Shown here: piece after piece, positions 23,601 through 35,600 of the stretch
Position numbering within the stretch: the stretch's first letter is position 1
Layout: each line of letters starts with the position of its first letter
From: Sminthopsis crassicaudata
Lineage: Eukaryota
Assembly: GCF_048593235.1 (NCBI RefSeq)
Contig: NC_133618.1
Location: 440,986,947 to 441,050,946 of the forward strand
Direction of reading: 5' to 3'
Length of the DNA stretch: 64,000 nucleotides
Made by a program: the position numbers and the translations under genes
The notes under the pieces: model-generated
Seen by the model: the letters and a program-made list of their open reading frames with translations, nothing else
What the model was told of the DNA's origin: nothing
Databases searched by the model: none

Positions 23601-26600
23601 GGGAGAAAGATCTTTTAAAGGTAATGCCTCTGCAGCCACATCTGCCAATTCTTTCGGGGCTCTGGATATAGTTCACTTGAATTAAGAACAATCAGGTACT
23701 CTCAAAGACTTGCCTTTGGAGAAGACATCAAAACATTACTGACAGTTCTTTGGATCTAGCAATTTAACTAGCCCACATCTCTGTCTTCTGGTTGCTGTAA
23801 TAACTGTCCTGCTGCACTGTGTTTGCCTTGGTCAGAACACAAGTGAATTATGATCAGTATCAAGGAAACTGATAACCTGGAGACCATCCTAAAGATAAGA
23901 ACCAGAATGGTGAAGGGCCTGAAAATCATGCCATACACACATCAGCGAAAAACTGACAATGTTTAGAGTGATTATTTAAAGGAATTTGGAGCAGTTTGGA
24001 GGAGAAATTGGGCCAAGAACTGGGAATATTTAGGCTGGAGAAGAGAAATAAACTTAGGATATTAAAGTATCAGAGGGATTGTAACATACAAACACCTTTT
24101 TCTGTTTGGCTCATGAGGTAGAATTAGGAATTATATGTGTATTAAATGGTGGAGAGGGAGACTAAAGCTTGATTAAAGAAAACATTTTCAAAATTTGCTC
24201 TCCAAAAGTGGAATGGAAGAAATTCTAGCTCAGGTACAAGACTGGGCTTACTGTGGCCTCTGAGGTCCCTTCCACCTCAGATTCTGGGTAAACTCTATTC
24301 TCTATCTCTTTAAAATCAATGATAATACTTACAGTCAAGTCAGCCCTTTAAAATTCTATTCTGGCAAATTCCAAACCACCACTGATTTAAAACTGTTGTC
24401 ATTCTTTTGGCAGCAACACTTGGAAATTTTAGCACTCAAGGCAAACTTACTCCAAATAATTTTTTCAATCTAAAAATAGGCAATTTACTTGGGAATGGAT
24501 GAGTTCCATGAGTACATAATGATTATTGGTGCTCAATCATTTAAATGTGAAAGACTACAGCTTTATGAGTAGGTGTAACTTAGTTTGCTTCCTCTGTCTG
24601 AACCTCAACACATCTGAAGGGGGGGTAAACACCAATGGCCTCTATGTGCTTTACAAAAGAAGCACAAAAATCTTTAGGGAACATACTGGGAGAAAAAGGC
24701 CTGGATAGTCAGAATGGATACTTACCTTGGAAGCTGCCCAGTCAATCCAACCTTTAGCACAGGGGTCAACATTGATAAGCATGAGGCCTTCTACAAGTTC
24801 TGGATGATTAAGCTGAAAAAATGATGGAAACATGAGCCCTCTTATGCCTTTAGAAAGATTAAGTGCAAAGAAAGTGCCATTCTCCCAAATAGGCCCTATT
24901 GAGGTTTTCTTAATATTGTAAGAACGTGGCTAATTATTTTCCTGTTCCCAAAGAGGAAGGTGAACTTTCTGCCTTCATGAGAAAGCATGTAAGTAAGCAA
25001 GTGTGAGGCAGGAACTCAGAAAAACAACTTCTTCACAAAAGGCAAAATCAGAAGGAGAGCCTTAAAGGGCAGTTCTTAAAATGGCTATCAACTCTATGTT
25101 AAGGGCTGAAATGCATTCTTAATTACTACTGTAGATATGTAGATATTTAAATTTAGTAGGGGTTATAATCTACAGGTATCTTTGTACCTTTGACCAAGAT
25201 ATCCTCCTAAGAAGTGAATGTGAAACTTAGAAACATAAAAGCCTACTTAAGCTACACAGAGTCTTGAAAATGTAAATTCCTAAAGACAATACCTATTAAA
25301 AGATTTGAACAGTACTTGTTTTTACATTCTAAAAATGAAAGTAAAAGCAAGATAAAAATTAAGACTTGACTTGGAAAGCTTATTCTACTTTGCCCAAATA
25401 GGCTTCTTTAAATGCTTATAATTGGATTTTTCTAGATGGCTAGATCCAAGCCCTTCTCAGGAGCAAAGTTGGGGATTTGATCTTGGTCCTTATATACATG
25501 TTAGGAATTCCAAGGGACCTGTGATAGAAAATACTGACTATATCCAGAGAAATATCTATGGAGTCTGAATGCAGGCTGAAGTATATGCTATTTTCATTCC
25601 TCCCCCCCTTTGTTATAGTTTTCCTTTTTGTTCTGAGTTTTCTTACAAAACATGACATGTGGAAATATGTTTAACATGACTGTACATGTATAATATATAA
25701 CATATTGCTGTCTTGAGGAGGAGAAAGGAAGAGAGAGAGGAAGACAAATTTGGAGCTCAAATCTTACAAAGATGAATGTTGAAAACTATCTTTATATGCA
25801 ATTGGAAAAAACACCATTAAGTTAAAAACAAACAAACAAAAAAACTACGTCTTCTTTGACTGTCCTTTATGCTTCTGTCCCTTAGACAAGGGCAGCTCAC
25901 AAAACCAGTATTTAACTTTCAGGTTCTTGGGCCCATTCCCATCTGTTTACTTACAGCAAACCTGCTGAGGATATAAGCACCAGCTCCTACTCCAATTCCA
26001 ATGATACCTTTCAAGCTGCAAAACAAAATAGGCCCAAACTGAAAAGGGGAAATCTCAGTATTGCCCATCTTTGTTTTCTTTCTTTCCCTTTATTATTTGA
26101 ATGGCTTCAAACATTTCCAACTGTTAATATCCAGACTACTAGTTAGATAACACCCTTACCTAGAATTCTCTTCCTTACTAAGTAAAATAGCCCTAAATGC
26201 AGACACAGAGATATTCAATTGTATAACCCCATAACTTACCTTAAATGAGTTAAGACAGCAGGTAGCATTTCAGCCAGCTCATCCATGGTAGGATACTGAT
26301 ACCTGAAATCATCATCATCAGCATTAATGTTGTTTTTGTCAACAAACCACATAGAAATGTACTTTTCTTTACTCTAAGTAATTGTGATTATGAAGATACA
26401 AATATGGATGTATATAAGATGCATATATATGTAGTTTAAGAAAACAACATAGCTATAGGCAAAAAGTATAGATTTTTCCATTTCTTTATCTTGTATATCT
26501 TTTAATAACATTCATAGCTGGCAGCTTTAATGCATGTTAATTTGTTCAATTTCCAAATATTAAGCATTTAAGCTGTTTCTACTTTCTATTATTACTTTTA

Positions 26601-29600
26601 TAAAAAATGTCTAGGAAACTTTTAAAGACAGTATTTTTTCCTTTAAGATTACGATGATTGGAGGAATCTTTCTAGTAGCATTTATTTCTTCAAAGGGTAC
26701 AATTAGTTTTTATGACTCTTGCAATAAATTATTATTTTTCAAAAAAAGACTACCAGTATAAAATGACATTAGCAATGCATAAGAATAATTGGTTTCCCTA
26801 CAAATTTGCTAGCACTGGGTTTGGTTGCATTTATTTTTTGCAAATTTTACCTGTATGATGTAGTGATTCAAAGTTGCTTAAATTTATATTTCTTGGATTA
26901 GTCATTTGTAATCTGTGTATCTTTTGTAAAGTAGCTATCTAATCATATTCCTTGATCATTTATCCAGTCTTTACTGGATATTATCAATTTAGATTTATTT
27001 GAATTCCTTTAATCTGACAAATCTATGAAAAAAATTCCCTAGTTATTGTTCTTATTGCTTTTTGTCATAAAACACTATCATGATTATCAAACATAGCTTT
27101 CTTGTTTCTAACAATTTTTCTCCCATTTGTATTAATAATTTCTATGACATTATGACTATTAACCAATTTTCTTAACTTTTTAATGACTGTAAATATTGTA
27201 CTTCTGACTAAAGGGCTGCTAATATGGAAAGAGTAGATTGACTTCAATGGCACTCTCATAATGTTATAAGAAAATTGAATTGGATGGATTCCCTATATCA
27301 ACTTAGGAGAACATGGTCCACAGAATAGATAGGCATAGATGGACTGCAATCTGTATCATTGGAAAGATGAGTTCATGGATCTATTTAAATATTATGATAT
27401 AAGATATGGAATCCCCCCCCAATGCAATGCTATCATTTTTTTCTGACAATATTTACTGAAAAATGATCTCCCCTCTCAATGTTTAATATACAGAGACCAA
27501 CCTTTTATTATACACTTTAATGTACTTTTATGACTCCTATTCTCTCTATGATTTTGCTTAGTACCATATACATTTGATAACTTTTGTTGGTTTTGCAAGA
27601 AAATATAGCATAGCAGATCAAATGCTGAATCTGCAGCCATGAAGATCTCCCTTTAAATTCTGCCTCTTGACATGTTACAGTTGGAAAGAAGCCCAACATC
27701 TACTCATTCCAAATCACACCAGAAAAACAATCTTGCTACAGCCAACTCAACTCTGTCAGAGGTCATTTGGCTAATCTTTGTTTCAGGGCCCCTAATGAGG
27801 GGGAACCCCAGTGGATGACCTCCAGAGATGGCCCACTTGTAGACAGCTCTAATTGTTAGGTTTTTCTTGACCATCGAATCTAAACTTGATTCTTTACAGC
27901 ATCTACCTGTATTGCCATCTGGAACCAAATAAAAGAAAGCCTAATCCCTTTTCTGTATGATAGCCCTTCAAGCACTTACCCCTCCCTTGGTATTCTTTTG
28001 TCCAGGTTAAACTAAACATCTGCAGCTCCTTATATCAATTCTTTAAAAGGAATCCTTTACCATTATATGGTTGCCCTCTGCTGGAGGGTCTCCTATTTAA
28101 CAAACTTTTTCGCAAAATGTGGCATTGAGAGTCTAATACAATATTCCAATCTGAGAAGAAGCCAAGTTTTCCTTTACGTAGCTTCCAATCCCTTCCCCTT
28201 TTTTTTTTGGTCTGCCAAATCACATTGCTGGCTCTTTTGAGTTTGCAGCCCACTAAAACCCCTTGATGATTTCTGGACAAACTATTTGTTGTCTAACCAG
28301 GCCACTTGGCAAATCTGTTAAGCATGTTGGCCATGCTTTTTACCCAAATTGCAGCTAAAAATATTAATAAAAATAATAAAAACAGAGAACAAAGCTGAGA
28401 AATGATCCCTTGGCCATTCTAAAGGAGATTTCTCAATCTCTCATTAGAGTCCAGCCATTCAACATACTAGCTGTGAGACCACGAGCAACTCAGTCAATTT
28501 CTCAGAACCTGCTTCTTCCATCTAAAAAGAAAAACAAATGGGGTAAGAATAATTGTTCTACTTAGATAGACACCTTGGTGGCCCCAGAGGTAGAGTGAGA
28601 AAAGACCTGAATTCAAGTCCTTCAAATTATACCTCAGAAACTTACTAGCTGTGTGATCCCAAGCAAATCACCTAATCTCTGTCTCAATTATAAACTAAGT
28701 ATAATGATATCATCTCCTTTTTCCAGATCTATTGTAAGGATCAAATATGTCAAGTGCTTAATATAGTGCCTGGCACATAGTAGATACTTAACAAATGTTT
28801 CTTTCCTTCCTATCTCAGGGTTTATTTTTTTAAAAGGCAAAATGTGGTTAAATACATTGCAAGCTTCAATACATTTAGCATTTATACAGTACTTTGAAGT
28901 TCATATAATACTTTGTGAAGTGCTACATATGTTATCTCAAATAACTTATACAGGTATGATAATGGTTTTTTATGAAATTCTCCCCTACTCTTGATATAGT
29001 CAAGAGTAGTTTTTATTTTTTTTGCTGAGGCAATTGGGGTTAAGTGACTTGCCCAGGGTCACACAGCCAGGAAGTGTTGTGTCTGAGGTCAAAGTTGAAC
29101 TCAGGTCCTCTTAACTTCAGGGCTGGTGCTGTACTCACTGCCCCACTTAGCTACCCCTTGATATAGTTTTAATGTAACAAACAGCAATTAAAATGGCCAT
29201 TTCTGTATATACAATAGAACACAGAGAAAAAGGAATACACACTTATAAAGTACCAACTATATGCCAAGGCAGCCAGTCCTGGAGTCAGGAAGACCTGAGT
29301 TTAAATATGACCTTAAGATACTTTCTGGACAAGTCACTTCACCCTCATTGCCTCAGTTTCCTCAACCATAAAAGTTGGAGAAGTGGTAAATCCCTCCAGT
29401 TTCTTTGCCAAATGAAGTCATGAACAGTTGTTATAGCCAAAACATCTGAATAACAAGGCACCGTGCTAAGCACTTTTACAAATATCATCTTGTAATAAGA
29501 GACCAGGACAAATCATTAAAGCTTCACTTGTCTTTTTCTTCATTTGTAAATGGGGATAATACCATTCAGGGGTGTTTTTGATGATAAAATAAGATAATAT

Positions 29601-32600
29601 TTATAAATCCTTTTGCAAACAAAATGGTATGTAAAGATATGTAGCCAATTACTATCAACAACTATTGGCTATTCTTATGTACCAGATCCTCCTGTTAGGA
29701 AAGAGAGCACAGGGCTTGGTGTCAGGAGGACCTGACTTCGAATCCAGCCTCAAACACTTAATGTTTATTAGCTGTGTGACCCTGGGCAAGTAACCCAATT
29801 AATTGCCTCACCAAAAATAAAATAATTCAAGGAATTTAGGGAGGAGGGTGGCTTAAAGGGAAACAAAGGTGGAGGCAAGGAGGGACTGCATGTCTGGCAG
29901 GGGAACAGACATGATGCTGGGAATGGTAGAATACACGTGTGAGAAAGAACAAGGAGGTAACCAGTTTGGTTAGATCAAAAAAATGAAAAAGAGAATGATG
30001 GAAAAGCAGATTAGAGATGTGACAAAAGGCCTTAACTGCCAAATGGAGGCGACTGTATTTGGTCCAGGAGGTAACAGGAACCACAGAACCTTCTTCAATG
30101 AAGGTTAGACTAGGCTTTAATAAAGTAGACTTGGCAGTGATGGTCAGGATAAATGTGAGAGAAGATGAGGTAAGAAAAAAGAGAAATTATTAATCTATTA
30201 GATATTTATTCAAATGGCCATTTGTTATGTTAAAGACTATCTAGAGGAGGGGAGAGTTTCATAATAGTTTACGCTTGGTGATAGCTCAAACTAGCATAAT
30301 TGTGGTATGAAGAGACAGAAGACGGTATAAGAGAGAAGTGATGAGATCTGGACTGTCTGAATACATAGGATGAGCAAGAGCAAGGATGCCTCTAGGAAGA
30401 GTAGGAAACTTAACAAGAGAGAAATTTGGAAAACTAATGGGTTTTGAGGGAAAACATGATTAGTTCTGTTATCTATATACTGGGTTTGAGATGCCTAAGG
30501 GACATCTGGCTAGAAATATCCAAAGCTGAATTGCTTTTCAACAGCAGTTATATATCTACATAATTTTTTTTCTTGTTGAGTTGGTGTATTATATTCCACT
30601 AAATTCCTGCTACAATGCTGCACCACAGCACACAGTGCAATGGCTGCAATGACAGTAGCTCTAATACTAACAAAGAATACAAGTTCTGTGGACCAGCCCA
30701 GAGAAGATCTGAAAATGGGCCGGGTACAAGTTAGTTATAGTACATGAATGATATGGAATATTATTGTTCTATAAGAAACCAGTGCTTTTTGATCTGATTT
30801 TTCTTGTGCAGCATGATAATTATGGAAATGTGTACAGAAGAATTGCACATTTTTAACATACATTGGATTACTTTCTATCTAGGAGTGGGGTAGGGGAAGA
30901 GAGGGTGAAAACATTTGGAACACAAGGTTTTGCAGGGATGAATGTTGAACTATCTTTGCATTATTTTGAAAATAAAAAAAGAAAGAAAATGGGTCTGGAA
31001 CAAATCCTGATGACACAATGATCTGACATTTCTAGTTCCATTTCTAGTTGTAAAAGCTCTTTACTTCTGTTGATGAATTTTTCAAAGGTTTGTTCTTTTC
31101 AAACATTCTTCTGCCTTCTGAATTAATGTTAAATATCTGAACAGGTTAAGAGATTTGTCTGTCCAGGGTCACGCAGCCAGTATGACTCAGAGACTGGACT
31201 GGAACAGTCTTCTGGACTTTTGGGACTCTTTCTCTTTTTTTTGTTTGATGGATCTTGTATCTTCTTAGTTGTGAAATTTGAGAATAATATGCCTGCAGAG
31301 ATTGAACTGTATATTTTTCTTTAGTATACAACTTTGTAGATATTTTTTACTAGTGCCTTTTTAAACATTAGTTATTTCCAGATATTAGATATTTCCCATC
31401 TCATCTTCAAAATCTCATTGTCCTCTTAAATTTTCCCTTTTAACAAAGAAAAAATTTTAAGCAAAATCAACCAACAAAGCAACTATAAGCAACAATGTAG
31501 GGGATATTCTTGGTTGCATATTCTTATATTGTGGCCAATTATCTTTTATATTCTATTTTTTTATTCTTTACTTCATATTCCATTTAGTTTTCACAGCAGT
31601 TATGCTTTATGCCATTAATTTGTGTTTTCTGCAATATCCAACAATGTCAATGCTTCTATATGGTGCTTTTCATTTATGAAAGCACAAAGTAGGTGCCTAA
31701 AAGATGCCTATTGACTGATAATTCCCAAGTTTTTCTGGCAGATCTTAATTTAAATTTCATTAAACATTTACTAATAATCACCTAATTCATGCAAGTTGTT
31801 ATTTTGGGAAAATAAAGAAAACATGAATTGTCCTCCCAAGAGCCTATATTTTAGTTTACCCCTTGACATTTCTAGAAACATTTCTGTTTTACAAACTATG
31901 CTTAACTTTTGATCCAGCAGTGTCTCTACTGGGTCTATATTCCAAAGAGATCATAAAAAAGGGAAAAGCACCCACATGTGCAAAAATGTTTGTAGCAGCC
32001 CCTTTTCATAGTGGAAAGGAACCAGAAACTGAGTGGATGCCCATCAGTTGAAGAATGACTGAATAAGTCACAGTTTATGAATGTAGTGTAATGTTATTGT
32101 TTTATAAAAAATGATCAGCAGGATGATTACAGAAAGAGCTGGAGAGACTTACATGACTTGATGCTATGTGAAGTGAGTAGAACTAAGAACACTGTACACA
32201 GCAACAAGATTTTGCAATGATCAGTTCTTATGGACTCAGCTCTTTTCAACAATGAGATGATTCGGGCCAATTCCAATAGATTTGTGATGGAGAAAGACAT
32301 CTGCACCCAGAGAGAGCACTGTAGGTACTAAATGTGGATCACAACATAGTATTTTCACTTTTTGTTGTTTGCTAGCTTTTTTCCTTCTCATCTCCCCCCA
32401 CCCCTTTTGATTTGATTTTTCTTGTGCAGCAGCATGACAATTGTGAAAATAAGTACAGAAGAACTATACATGTTTACCATATACTGAATTGCTTGCTGTC
32501 CAGGGGAAGGAGGTGGGAGGAAGAAAGGGAGAAAAACTTGGAACACAGGATTTTTCAAGGGTGAATGTTGAAAACTATCTTGTCGTGTATTTTGAAAATT

Positions 32601-35600
32601 AAAAGCTCTTTTGTTTCTGGTTTTCTTATATCTCACAATTTTTGAATTGCATCAGAATTTTTATTCAATTTCAGATAACAAGAAGAAAAGTAAAATACTT
32701 TTAAAATTTTGTTTCTTTCTTGTATTTCAATAGTTTCTGAAAAGGGACTGGCTCTGAGCTCAGTCTCTACTCATCTCTATCTCCTTTAAGAAGTTGCTGA
32801 CATTCTCTCAATTACAAAATTTCTAGCCATTAGGATCCTTGGGACTATGTAGGGCCTTTACATGAAGGATTTCCTCCTCTCACATGGAGTAGATCAATGA
32901 CCATGACAATGAATTAGGCACCCTGGGGTATGGGATCTGTCTTTCACTTATCAGAGAGAATTTTGTCAAGAAATTATAGAAAAACTGAGCCAATCTCCGG
33001 CCAAAACTCAACTTTAGACAGCAGGAAGAACACCACAAACTTCTAATTATTCAGGCTAGTACTCAAAGCCTATATCATTAGATGTGGGGGAGAGGATTTT
33101 CAGACTTCTGAGATGAATCTGATTATATGGCACATGACAGAACAAGTGAGTACGTGTACATGCATGTGGGGGTGATGGTCTAAGGATGTATATACATGAG
33201 CAGACCATCTTGGGTCTTACTCTATATGGGTATTCAAGATGACCTTAATACTGCGCTTCTTTGTGATTAAAAGATAGACAGCTATTAACAGAGTTGGGAA
33301 AATGTAATACATCTATCTATATTTAATTGACTATACACAATATAAATGTTAAATCTAATGTTAACTTAGGCCAAACATGGATGCTGTGCTAGAATTGCTT
33401 TTAGGTTGGGATTATAGGAAACGGGATAATGATTTCAAAAATCTATGCTAACAATCACTGGAATCTGCTCACTCCATCTCACGCCAGATGTTCCCCCAAT
33501 ATGTGTTGCTCAAAATACCTTATTTGTTGTCTTACCCTGTTGGGAAAGGGGGTGCACTTTCCTGCTGGCCTGGGGCATCCACATGGCATACAGCAAAGTG
33601 CTGGGTGATCTCTTGCATGTCTTCAAAGTTAAAGAATGCATTAAAACAGGACTTATCTGCAAAAGAAAAAAAAAAAAAAAAAAGGGGGGGGGGGAAGAGG
33701 AGAAACCCAGAAGTAACAAACCATTCATTTCTACCCAATTTATTTTAAACCAGTTTTTGCACTCAATCTTCCTTGTACATGACGCTTCTTTTAAGTCTTA
33801 GCTATTTAAATCTCACAACTTCTTTCTGTTAAATCACTTAAATTCTCTTTTATTATTATCCCACTGTAGCAAAATATTTGGGAAGTTCCATGTCAGACAT
33901 TTCAATAACTATTTTAAAAAAGTGATCAGTCCTAATTCTTTATAAATTAGATTCGGAAATAGCTCTTATGTACCACTGATGATAATACATAACATAGTGT
34001 CCTCCACAAAAATATATACTCTTATTAACTTGTGTGTATATGCTCCTTGATTTTATGAAGCCTTATATATTTTAAATTTTATGTGCCTTTTATACCTTCC
34101 TACTCCGTCCCTTGCTCCCCCTTTCTTAATCCATTTTATCTGGCTAATAAACAATGTGCTTGGCCAATAGACCAACTTACTTCTCCTTTTTGGTTTTATC
34201 CTCCTTTAAAGTACATAGAAATCCAACATTTACTCATCTAGTGTGGCTGCTTAGACTACTTCTTATCAGCAGGCTTCAAGAAAATTATAACACTCAAAAA
34301 TGAAAACTTCAAACATAGGCCACACATGAAAAAAACCTGGATGAGTAACTATGGGCATACAGTACAAAGAACAAAGAAGGGAAAAAAGGCAATGTATGTG
34401 AACTACATGGTTTAATCAAGAATGGTCAAACTTGTTGCATATTGATTGCTAAGTCACTGGTGATTGGCTGGTGTAAAAGCGTTTTTTTTTTGCTTAAGAT
34501 GCCGATAGTGAACTAAAATAGAACAGAAAGTTTACATTCTGAATTGTCAGTTCTGAAATATAAAAAAGAGGCAAGTCCAAGGGAAAAATAGAGCTCTATT
34601 CTTTTAGCAAGTTCACTGAATGTTATTAATTCCATCAACAGGTATGGTATTCCTCCAGATCCCTCTATTTTTGTCCACTTGCATTTTTGATTTCCTTCAC
34701 AGGCCAATTGTACACTATTTCAAAGTCTGATTCTTTTTGAACAGCAAAATAACTGTTTGGACATGTATACATATATTGTATTTAATTTATACTTTAACAT
34801 ATTTAACATGTATTGGTCAACCTGCCATCTGGGGGAGGGGTTGGAGGGAAGGAGGAGAAAAGCTGGAACAAAAAGTTTTGCAATTGTCAATGCTGAAAAA
34901 TTACCTATGCATATATCTTGTAAATAAAAGGCTATTAAAAACAACAACAACAAAAAATCCCAGGTGTGGTACTCCTCATACCCAGAGTACAAAAATCCAA
35001 ATGTAATTCTATATACTTGCTCATTTCTCGGAAAGGTGAAAGAATATCTCCTCTAAGTCTTAAATCCGGAATGTAATCTGATTTAAAAACAAAACAAAAC
35101 AGAAGAAATACCATAGGGTAAGGGGGCAAAGTATAAAAGTAAAATACATACGGTTTAGGCCAATGTCATGATAAGTAAGAATAACTGGTCTGTTCCCTTT
35201 TGGTGAGCCTCGCATGGTGACATGTACCACGCCATGAGCTGTTTCTATGTCGTGCTCCTGAAACAAGAGAAAGTAGTGTTTCACTACAGGCTGAAAAGTA
35301 TACCCAGGATGTCAAAAGTCTCACAATTTTTGCTTCATTTTCACTTTTTCCCGAGCTGGGATGACATACTCCCTTGTACTACACATGTGTATATATGAAA
35401 TGCTATGAGAAAACAGCTACTTTCCAATCTCATCTAATAAAATGGAAAAGAGGGTGAGAAGAGGAAGGGAGAGGAATGATCACATAGAGCAAAAAATCAT
35501 GGTTATATGGGACTTATGAGAGATGCAAAAGGAGCAGGGATTATGGAAAAGGTGGTTAAGTGAGTTGGATGATGAATGAGGAAAGATACGACAATGTTGG

